IMG/VR virus record: IMGVR_UViG_640753051_000003 | DNA length: 33,085 nucleotides | Reading direction: 5' to 3' (one strand) | From: an uncultured virus (IMG/VR IMGVR_UViG_640753051_000003) | Lineage: Duplodnaviria; Heunggongvirae; Uroviricota; Caudoviricetes | Shown here: positions 24,481-31,914 of the stretch, in pieces | How positions within the stretch are numbered: position 1 is the first letter of the stretch | How the letters are laid out: every line of letters begins with the position of its first letter | Made by a program: the position numbers and the translations under genes | Notes under the pieces: generated by a model | What the model was told of the DNA's origin: nothing | Seen by the model: only the letters and a program-made list of their open reading frames with translations | Databases searched by the model: none

Positions 24481-25197
24481 ATGAGTGACCCACAATATGA
24501 ACTGAAACAATGGCTTGCAGAAAAACTCGCGGCTCGCGGCGTGGCTTCGAAACTCGCCGAAGCTACGGGTATGTCCAACGACAAGATCACGCGGTCAAAA
24601 GAACTGCACAGCGACGATCCTAAGAAGCGCCGTCAGATATCTCTCCAAGAGATAGAGGCGATGGCGAGATTCTTTAGGGAATTGCCGCCTGGCTTCGAAC
24701 AAATGACGCGTTGGTTAGAGGATCTGTCCCCCGCCCCCACGGCCAAGCCGATACCAAACGCCAGCTTCCCGCCGCGCTGGCAGCAATTCCCCGGCGATGC
24801 TTCGATTCCGCTTCGAGGGCACATTGCCGCCGGAGCCAACGGTCGGTTCATTATGAACGGTCAGGATATCGCCACGGTTTTTTGTCCGCCCGGCCTCGAG
24901 GGCGTTGAGGGCGCGTATGCCGTGCAGGTCGACGGCCGCTCCGGCGAGCCACGCTTCCTTCACGGCGAGACCGCGTGGGTGAACCCTCATCAGAAGGTCC
25001 GACAGGGCGACGATGTCGTAGTGCAGATCCTGGAAGACGATGAGCTATCAAGCTACCTCAAGCGGTTCGTTTCCAGATCCGCCGATGTGCTTCGCCTCTA
25101 CCAGTACAACCCCGGCAAAGGCGAAAGCCACGATCTGGAGTTTCCTACGGACAAAGTTTTCAGCGTCCACAAAGTTGTGTTTCATGCGATGCTTTGA
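24481..25197 (+). CDS. cI: CI-like repressor with S24 peptidase domain
   Basis: N-terminal helix-turn-helix, AAG cleavage site, V.G.S..P serine and YLKR lysine. Confidence 0.92.
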   Translation: MSDPQYELKQWLAEKLAARGVASKLAEATGMSNDKITRSKELHSDDPKKRRQISLQEIEAMARFFRELPPGFEQMTRWLEDLSPAPTAKPIPNASFPPRWQQFPGDASIPLRGHIAAGANGRFIMNGQDIATVFCPPGLEGVEGAYAVQVDGRSGEPRFLHGETAWVNPHQKVRQGDDVVVQILEDDELSSYLKRFVSRSADVLRLYQYNPGKGESHDLEFPTDKVFSVHKVVFHAML

Positions 25198-25451
25198 AGC
25201 GCTTCGTCGCAGCGCCATGTTGGCCGAACGGTCAAATTGCGGAATGCCGGCGGCATCTTTGGGCACTCGCTGCAGCGGATCTTTCGGCATAACTGCATGT
25301 AGTTGTGAACACCGAGTTCCGCGGCTTTCATCAGGTTATCGAGGCGGAGAATGCGGGAATGCCCGCAATCATCGCAAGCTACGTACACGCTCTCAAGTTC
25401 AACGACGAGCCGCAAGGCGTCGGGGTGATCTACGGGAGCGTTACGGGTCAT
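25182..25451 (-). CDS. Zn-ribbon protein (89 aa), predicted SOS-inducible
   Basis: CDDCGH...CSEC; AGGAG RBS; LexA box upstream. Confidence 0.78.
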   Translation of the reverse strand: MTRNAPVDHPDALRLVVELESVYVACDDCGHSRILRLDNLMKAAELGVHNYMQLCRKIRCSECPKMPPAFRNLTVRPTWRCDEALQSIA

Positions 25452-25467
25452 TTCTGTCTCCTGCGAT

Positions 25468-25482
25468 GTTCCGTCTTTGTTC
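25468..25482 (-). promoter_or_regulatory. Alphaproteobacterial LexA (SOS) box
   Basis: GAACAAAGACGGAAC = GAAC-N7-GAAC, 16 nt before the ATG at 25451. Confidence 0.8.
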
Positions 25483-25600
25483 TCATCAAAACAGCAGGAA
25501 TGCAGCCGGGAGTCGAGTCGGTTTTCAGAAATATTTAGCTTGCCACAACAGGTAGCGATGCGACTGATGGCGAGCCCAAGATATCCGCGGGGGCGATTAG

Positions 25601-26420
25601 ATGGGCGAGCTTGTTGAAGGGGATGACGGGCTCCCTGCTGAGGACGTCGGGCCATGGGCTATTGAAAAATACAACTATCTCTGTCGGTACGTTGACATCT
25701 CGCGCGGTGCTCGCGGTAAGTTCATAGGACCAGGCAAGGCCGGCGCCACTTACCTTGACCTTTTCTGTGGCCCAGGGCGAGCGAAGGTGAGGAACGGCGA
25801 ATTCACCGACGGCGGCTGTGTTGCTGCCTGGCGCAAGAGCGTTGCTGGCGGGGGGCCGTTTTCTCAGGTCTTCATTGCCGACATTGACGAGGTCCGCTTG
25901 AATGCCGCGGCGGAACGCCTGAAGCAGGCCGGCGCACCGGTCACAGCCTTTCACGGGCCGGCCCTGCAGACGGTTGAAAGTATTCTCAAGCGACTAGATC
26001 CGTATGGGCTTCACTTCGCGTTCCTCGACCCGTTTAGCCTCGGGGTCCTCGACTTCCGGATTTTCCAGAAGCTGGCGAAAAGGAAGCGCATGGATATCCT
26101 TGTGCATCTCAGCAAAATGGACCTTCAGCGCAATCTTGGGCGTAACTTGGCAGCCGACGTTTCAGCCTTCGATGCATTCGCTCCCGGTTGGAGGAGCGAT
26201 CGACGCCGCCCAAGGCCAGCAAGGCATTAGAGTTGAACTGATCAACTACTGGAAGACCCTCGTCAAGAATCTCGGGATCGCGGCATCGGCGGAGATGAAG
26301 CTTCTGAAGGGTGAAAAAGACCAGCACCTGTATTGGCTATTGCTGGTCGCCAGTCACACCCTTGCGCATCGGATTTGGAACACCGCAGCAAACGACGATG
26401 GTCAACGGCGCCTATTTTAA
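25601..26420 (+). pseudogene. tcmP: Three-Cys-motif partner protein TcmP (methyltransferase fold), frameshifted near 26190-26197
   Basis: VGPW...K...L..Y, YLDLFCGPG, FAFLDPF; the C-terminus (AIDAA...LYWLLLVASH.LA..IW) continues in another frame. Confidence 0.85.
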
Positions 26421-27163
26421 GCGGTCGCGGGCATCGCGTCCCAGGTGCGTCCGCGATAGGAACGCCCCGTCGCTTTCTTGTTCCTGCCGCCCCATTGCTT
26501 GAAGAAGAAGGCAGAGCCCGCCTCCGAGCACATTTCGAAAACCTCGTCGATCCATACCGGATCCATGGGCCGCGCCTTCGGGCCAGATTCGCCGCCGACA
26601 ATAGCCCAGTCGATGCCATCCAGTCGGCCCGCGGCAACGGAGCCGATGAGCGGTTCAAACGAGACGAAGCGAATTGCGGCAGGCACTCGGCGAAGCTCGT
26701 CGAGGCGATCGATCACACGCCCGTCTTCTACGCTGGAGCCAAGCCAGACATTCGGCAGAACATCGAAACCGTCGCGCAGGATATACGCCATGCGATCCGG
26801 CCGCTTGGTGAGGATCTGGTATGTGTGGCGCCGCGTATCAGCCATTGCCCGCCACACTTTTCGGATGAACTCCACCGGCACGTCTGGGTGAAATAGGTCG
26901 GACATCGAGTTGACGAATACATTCCGTGGCTTTGACCAGGTCGATGGCACAGAAAGCGCGCTCTCGTCGAGATAGAGGTCGCCCGTCCATTTCGCTCGAC
27001 CGCCGCTCTTGCGTGTCAGGCCTCGGTACTTCTCGAGCCCCATGGCTTCAAGGCGCGCCGCCATACGCATCGCGTAGCAGTTGGTGCACCCCGCACTCAT
27101 TATCGAGCAGCCGGCTACGGGATTCCACGTTGCATCAGTCCATTCGATCGATGTTTCAGCCAT
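26417..27163 (-). CDS. DUF5131 / phage Gp37Gp68 family radical-SAM-like protein
   Basis: IEWTDATWNP..GC...S.GC.NCYA, FVNSMSDLFH, LTKRP, SFEPL, W.IVGGESG, FFFKQWGG. Confidence 0.93.
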   Translation of the reverse strand: MAETSIEWTDATWNPVAGCSIMSAGCTNCYAMRMAARLEAMGLEKYRGLTRKSGGRAKWTGDLYLDESALSVPSTWSKPRNVFVNSMSDLFHPDVPVEFIRKVWRAMADTRRHTYQILTKRPDRMAYILRDGFDVLPNVWLGSSVEDGRVIDRLDELRRVPAAIRFVSFEPLIGSVAAGRLDGIDWAIVGGESGPKARPMDPVWIDEVFEMCSEAGSAFFFKQWGGRNKKATGRSYRGRTWDAMPATA

Positions 27164-27297
27164 AGGACGCTCCCCGACCTTCAGAGATAAGCGATAGTTG
27201 CGATTTGGTTAAAGATCGGTTGCGCGCCGCCAGTCTCTCTCAGGCCGATCTTGAGGCCGAAATCTACCACGCGGAGAATCTGCGGGCCAAGTCAATT

Positions 27298-27360
27298 TTG
27301 CGAAATAGCGATAATCGCAAATTGATCTGTTGACTTATTTTGCGATAGTCGCGAATATCT
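27298..27360 (+). promoter_or_regulatory. PL-like early promoter with two operators
   Basis: TAGCGATAATCGCAA 27306-27320 and TTGCGATAGTCGCGA 27340-27354 flank TTGACT at 27330. Confidence 0.82.
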
Positions 27361-27411
27361 CCTTCGTCAGCGAGACGCCGTGGACACACGACCGCGCCGG
27401 GAGATGAAACG

Positions 27412-27645
27412 ATGGGCACGATGGTTACCCGATACAGGATTGAAGACGAGGTCGGCCGCGTCCTGACCAACGAATATTTCTTCTCTTACGAAGTCGACGA
27501 CGCTCTGCAGTTTCGTTGCGAAGACGAGGCTCTCGAAGAAGCCGCCGCCTTCCCGCGCACGACCGTCGAGCGCTTCGAGCGCTATTCGACCTTCCCCGAT
27601 TTCTTCCTCTCGGAAGGCGTCTCGGTCGAGAGGAGCGCAGCATGA
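27412..27645 (+). CDS. Hypothetical protein, first gene of the PL-like operon
   Basis: GGAG RBS; ATGA coupling downstream. Confidence 0.75.
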   Translation: MGTMVTRYRIEDEVGRVLTNEYFFSYEVDDALQFRCEDEALEEAAAFPRTTVERFERYSTFPDFFLSEGVSVERSAA

Positions 27646-27902
27646 TCACGACAACGCAGCTCCGCGCCTTCGCGTTCTTCCTCTCGAACACCAGCAGGTG
27701 GGAGCTTGAGAAGGCGGGGATTATTTCACCCGGCCCGAGCGGCGACACTGCCTGGAAGCGCTTCAACAACGACTTCGACGTGTTCGTGATCAAGCTCTCC
27801 GCCGAGAAGCTGGCGGCCATGACGGACATGATCGCCGGCTACCTGCAGGTGAGCGAATACTCCCGCGAGCAGGCGGCAGCGGCTGCACGGAACGTCGCGT
27901 GA
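27642..27902 (+). CDS. Hypothetical protein (86 aa)
   Basis: GAGGAG RBS; MITTTQLRAFAFFL... Confidence 0.75.
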   Translation: MITTTQLRAFAFFLSNTSRWELEKAGIISPGPSGDTAWKRFNNDFDVFVIKLSAEKLAAMTDMIAGYLQVSEYSREQAAAAARNVA

Positions 27903-28138
27903 TGAGCCGCCCCGTCTCCCACGCCTGCGACCCTGCGAAGCGCTATTGCGAATGCGGCCGCTGCGCCCTCCCGCCAGCGCGCAACATCGATCTGGACGCG
28001 GTCGCCAACCTGAACCGCGCCACCACTGCAACCGCCATGTGCCTGATCCTGATCGCCCTCCTCCTCGGCATTTTCGCCGCGGGCCTTTGGCGGACGGAAC
28101 AGGTGCACAAAGCAATCGTCGCCGAAAGGAATGTCTAA
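27902..28138 (+). CDS. Hypothetical membrane protein with Cys motif
   Basis: CDP...YCECGRC plus one transmembrane helix; coupled on both sides. Confidence 0.7.
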   Translation: MSRPVSHACDPAKRYCECGRCALPPARNIDLDAVANLNRATTATAMCLILIALLLGIFAAGLWRTEQVHKAIVAERNV

Positions 28139-28665
28139 TGGCCATGCCCGACCTTGACTACAACCTTCATCGCCAGACCGAGGCGGCAAAGTCGCTTCTG
28201 TCCAGCCTTCGCGACCAAGGCGTTGACGATGACGCCGATCTGGTCGCCGACGCGATAGAGGGCGAAACCAACCTCCTCGAGGCTATCGAAGCCGCCCTTG
28301 CGCAGATCGACGAGTGCGACGTCCTCATCACCGGTTTGAAAGCCAAGGAAGAGGAATTCGAGACCCGCCGCAAGTCGATTGAGCGCCGAGCCGAGCGCGT
28401 CCGAGCCCTGATCGAACAGGCGATGTTAGCTACCGATCAAACGTCGCTAAAGCTGCCGACAGCCACCCTGTCGCTCACGAAGCGCGCGCCCGGCCTGATC
28501 GTCAACAGCGAAGCGGACATCCCTTCCCGCTTCTTCGTCGAGCAAGAGCGCCCCGCGCCGAAGCTGGACAAGAAGGCTTTGGCCGCCGCGATCAAAGCCG
28601 GCGAGCAAGTGCCCGGCGCCAACCTCGACAACGGCAGCATCTCTCTTTCCGTCCGGAGGAAGTAA
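28138..28665 (+). CDS. Siphovirus Gp157-family protein
   Basis: D.IEGET...IP..F......KLDKKAL..A.K.GE.VPGA.L.NG..SL..R.K. Confidence 0.88.
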   Translation: MAMPDLDYNLHRQTEAAKSLLSSLRDQGVDDDADLVADAIEGETNLLEAIEAALAQIDECDVLITGLKAKEEEFETRRKSIERRAERVRALIEQAMLATDQTSLKLPTATLSLTKRAPGLIVNSEADIPSRFFVEQERPAPKLDKKALAAAIKAGEQVPGANLDNGSISLSVRRK

Positions 28666-28668
28666 TCC

Positions 28669-29676
28669 ATGAACGCAATCACGAAATTCGACCTGTCGCC
28701 GCGCCAGATTGCGCTGGTCCAGCAGACCGTGGCCAAAGACTGCAACGCCGACGAGTTCAACTTGTTCATGGAAGTCGCCCGGGCGAAGGGCCTCGATCCC
28801 TTCCTCGGACAGATCATTCCAATGGTCTTCTCGAAGGACAATGCCAAGAAGCGGAAGATGACGATCATCATCAGCCGCGACGGTCAGCGCGTCATTGCGC
28901 AACGCTGCGGCGACTATCGGCCGGCCAGCAAGCCAGCAACGTATGAGATCGATCCGTCGCTCAAGGGGCCGACCAATCCTCAGGGCATCATCTCTGCGAC
29001 GGTCTACCTCTGGAAGCAGGACCCGAAATCGGGCGACTGGTACGAGGTTGCCGGTCAGGCCTATTGGGAGGAATTCGCGCCAATCTCTCACTCGCCCGAT
29101 CAGTACAACTACGTTGAAACCGGCGATACCTGGCCAGACGGAAAGCCCAAGAAGATGAAGAAGCTGAAGGACGGCGCCGTTCCTTCGCTCGACGATTCCG
29201 GTAACTGGTGCCGGATGCCGCGCCTCATGATCGCCAAGTGCGCCGAGATGCAGGCACTGCGCGCGGGCTGGCCCGAGCAGTTTACCGGCCTCTATGATGA
29301 AGCCGAAATGGACCGCGCCAAGATCATCGATCTGACCGCGTCCGAGATCGTCGAGCACGAGCGCGAGGAAAACCGCCTCAAGGCCGTCGGCGCCTCGAAT
29401 TCCATCACCATTACCTGGGGAGACAATTGGGCGCTTGAGAATGTGCCTGTCGGTGAGTTCTTCGACCGCGCCTGCGAGTTCATCAAAAACGAACCGCCGG
29501 CAAAGGTAGCGAAGTGGCGCGACGCAAATCGGGAACCGCTTAAACTCTTTTGGTCAAAGCATCCCGGCGACGCTCTGGAACTGAAAAAGAGGCTCGAAGC
29601 CGCAATCGCGCGTGCCCCGGCAAAGAGTGCCGTGACCGACGCCGAGCTTCGCACCCACGTTTTGGCGGCGGGCTGA
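28669..29676 (+). CDS. Bet/RecT-family single-strand annealing recombinase
   Basis: EF.LF....R..GLDPF..QI, I.RDG.R.IA.R.G.Y, W..MP..MIAKCAE.QALR..WP...GLY..AEM. Confidence 0.92.
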   Translation: MNAITKFDLSPRQIALVQQTVAKDCNADEFNLFMEVARAKGLDPFLGQIIPMVFSKDNAKKRKMTIIISRDGQRVIAQRCGDYRPASKPATYEIDPSLKGPTNPQGIISATVYLWKQDPKSGDWYEVAGQAYWEEFAPISHSPDQYNYVETGDTWPDGKPKKMKKLKDGAVPSLDDSGNWCRMPRLMIAKCAEMQALRAGWPEQFTGLYDEAEMDRAKIIDLTASEIVEHEREENRLKAVGASNSITITWGDNWALENVPVGEFFDRACEFIKNEPPAKVAKWRDANREPLKLFWSKHPGDALELKKRLEAAIARAPAKSAVTDAELRTHVLAAG

Positions 29677-29677
29677 C

Positions 29678-30199
29678 ATGAGCGGCCCGGTCCTATTGCA
29701 ATGGAACGGCGAGGCCTTCCAGCCGGCAAACCGGCACTGGGCCCGCGAGTGCGACAAGCGTTTCGTGGTCGGCGAGTTCTATACGCTCGCCGAGCACAAC
29801 GACCGCAGCATGAATTCGCACCGGCATTATTTCGCCGCGGTCGCCGATGCCTGGCGGAACCTGCCCGAGCAATATTCCGGCCTGCCTTTCGCCGAATCCG
29901 CTGAGCACCTGAGGGCCTATGCCCTGATCAAGAAGGGCTATTGCGACACGCATACCATCGTCTGCTCTAGCAAAGCGGAGGCAAAGAGGCTCGCGGCCTT
30001 CATCCGCCCGATTGACGCTTTCTCCGCTGTCGACGTGAAGGAAGCGACCGTTACCCGCTACGTGGCGAAAAGCCAGTCAATGAAGGCGATGGACAAGCAG
30101 GAATTTCAGGAAAGCAAGACGGCCGTTCTCGACTTCCTCGACGATCTAATCGGAGTCGAGCGCGGCACCACGCAGCGAAACGCGGGAGCCGCAGCATGA
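29678..30199 (+). CDS. Hypothetical recombination-region protein (NinB-like position)
   Basis: RS..SH.HYFA.....W...SQS..AM...EF. Confidence 0.78.
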   Translation: MSGPVLLQWNGEAFQPANRHWARECDKRFVVGEFYTLAEHNDRSMNSHRHYFAAVADAWRNLPEQYSGLPFAESAEHLRAYALIKKGYCDTHTIVCSSKAEAKRLAAFIRPIDAFSAVDVKEATVTRYVAKSQSMKAMDKQEFQESKTAVLDFLDDLIGVERGTTQRNAGAAA

Positions 30200-30204
30200 G
30201 CGTC

Positions 30205-30441
30205 TCAGACTTGATCCTTGGTCACCTTCGGCGGAACCCGGCCAGTGTGATGAACGGGGTTGTCCTTGCCAGCACCTTCCGTCGGGTTCTCCCGCTTTTC
30301 GGACTGGCCGCTTCGCGCCGGCGGCACATCGGCGCCCTCGCTACCAGACTCGTCCGCCTGGTCTGGCAATGGCACCGGTTCGAAGTCCATATCCGGAGGC
30401 GTCGTCGTCTGCCGGTTCTTGTGGTCTTTGGGATCGATCAT
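30205..30441 (-). CDS. Hydrophilic disordered small protein (78 aa, moron)
   Basis: AAGGA RBS; MIDPKDHKNRQTTTPPDMDFEPVPLP... Confidence 0.68.
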   Translation of the reverse strand: MIDPKDHKNRQTTTPPDMDFEPVPLPDQADESGSEGADVPPARSGQSEKRENPTEGAGKDNPVHHTGRVPPKVTKDQV

Positions 30442-30469
30442 GGTCGGAGTCCTTTCGCATCGCGGTTTC

Positions 30470-30494
30470 AACCAACCGCGTTCAGTAAGGTTCC
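30470..30494 (-). promoter_or_regulatory. EcfG/RpoE2-type promoter
   Basis: GGAAC-N16-GGTT on the minus strand, 28 nt before the ATG at 30441. Confidence 0.7.
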
Positions 30495-30516
30495 ACTCAA
30501 CGGGGGGGGCCGCGTG

Positions 30517-30936
30517 ATGGCCTACCGCATCGCCAACTCCGTTCGTCCCGATCCGACACCAAAGCGGAAGCCGACGAAGAACAAAGATTACCTCGCGTTC
30601 ATCCACGAGCTGCCGTGCTGCGTATCAGGCCGCTACGGCGTCGAGGCTGCGCACCTGTCTTGCGCGGCTCCCCGATTTGGTCATTACGGTCGTGGCAAAG
30701 GCAGCAAGGTTTCCGACCGCTGGGTTCTGCCTCTTCATCCGGACGAGCACCGCCGCCAGCACGGCATGAGCGAAGAGCGGTTCTGGCGCGCGGCCCGCAT
30801 CAACCCGCACGTGCTCGCCCTCACCATACACGGCCTCTGGACTGATATGGGCGAGGATGCGGCGCCCTTCGCAACTGCTATCATCAATCAGACGTTGGCC
30901 GACGCCGGCGCGCTCCGGTCGAGGGACGAGGTATGA
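30517..30936 (+). CDS. DUF968-like HNH/Zn-finger protein
   Basis: YLAFI..LPC...G....EAAH...G.G.K.SD.W..PL...H..QH; in frame with an upstream extension from 30196. Confidence 0.82.
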   Translation: MAYRIANSVRPDPTPKRKPTKNKDYLAFIHELPCCVSGRYGVEAAHLSCAAPRFGHYGRGKGSKVSDRWVLPLHPDEHRRQHGMSEERFWRAARINPHVLALTIHGLWTDMGEDAAPFATAIINQTLADAGALRSRDEV

Positions 30937-31445
30937 GCACCGACACGCTCGACATGTTCGCAATCGAGACGAAGTCGTCGGCTATCATTTCCGAATGCGG
31001 AGCCTACCGTTACCGCCTTGAGCGGCAATGGGACGGCGAAAAGCCAAACGTCGCCTTCCTCATGCTGAACCCATCCACGGCTGATGCCAGCCAAGATGAT
31101 CCGACGATCCGCCGGTGCATCGGCTTCGCGAGATATTGGGGCTTCGGCGGCTTGATTGTTGGCAACCTCTTTGCCCTTCGCTCCACCGCCCCGAAGGCCC
31201 TGTACGACCATCCCGACCCGATCGGGCCCGACAACGATCAGCACATTCTTGCGATTGCAAAGAGCGCCCGTAAGATCGTTTGCGCGTGGGGGACACACGG
31301 AGCTCTTCATGACCGCGGTCGCCAGGTCGCCGAACGGCTCGAATTCTTCGACCTCGTCGCGCTGAAAGTCACAGCAGACGGCCAGCCAGGTCATCCGCTG
31401 TACCTCGCTGCCGATATCCAACCTAAATCGTATTTTGCGCCATGA
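30933..31445 (+). CDS. DUF1643 family protein
   Basis: YRY.L.R.W...MLNPSTAD...DDPTIRRC..FA..WG...NLFA.R.T.P...AWG...P.HPLY. Confidence 0.92.
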   Translation: MSTDTLDMFAIETKSSAIISECGAYRYRLERQWDGEKPNVAFLMLNPSTADASQDDPTIRRCIGFARYWGFGGLIVGNLFALRSTAPKALYDHPDPIGPDNDQHILAIAKSARKIVCAWGTHGALHDRGRQVAERLEFFDLVALKVTADGQPGHPLYLAADIQPKSYFAP

Positions 31446-31633
31446 CAGTTATACCAGACCTGACCAACGCCACCCCCGCCACGCGCGAATACTACGCTCT
31501 TCCCGAGGAGATCCGCACGGCAGCAAAGGCTATAGCCGGTCCGCCTCGGCCGATGACCCATATCGAAGTGATGTTGGCGATTGGGACGGCGATCGCAAAT
31601 GAGCGGGAAGCGGCGAAGAGAGGCGAAAGATGA
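31442..31633 (+). CDS. Hypothetical protein (63 aa)
   Basis: ATGA-coupled on both sides. Confidence 0.7.
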   Translation: MTVIPDLTNATPATREYYALPEEIRTAAKAIAGPPRPMTHIEVMLAIGTAIANEREAAKRGER

Positions 31634-31914
31634 GAGAACGTCGCCAATCCCTTGTTCCCCCCGGCAGCTGGCCACCTCGCATGTCCGCTGACATGGCTGC
31701 CGGGTATTGCGGGGAAAAGCATGTCGAAGATTTCCTCGAGCGCGTCGGAACGACCTATCCGAACCCGCGCATCGTTGACAGCACGCGACGGAAGTTCTGG
31801 TATCGTGAGGATCTGGACCGGGCGATGAACCTCGGCACATCGACGATGTCCTCAGGATTGGGAGCGAAGTTCCGTGAAAAGATCAGGGAAAAGCGGAACG
31901 GTGGAACTGCCTAA
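31630..31914 (+). CDS. Excisionase-like winged-helix protein
   Basis: PP.M....AA.Y.G.....F......YP.P.......W.R.DLD; directly before the integrase. Confidence 0.75.
   Translation: MRERRQSLVPPGSWPPRMSADMAAGYCGEKHVEDFLERVGTTYPNPRIVDSTRRKFWYREDLDRAMNLGTSTMSSGLGAKFREKIREKRNGGTA

Noticed and set aside
23133..24488. 451-aa plus-strand ORF
   Set aside because: Antisense to the GapR-like gene and cro, Arg-rich, no motifs; typical high-GC shadow
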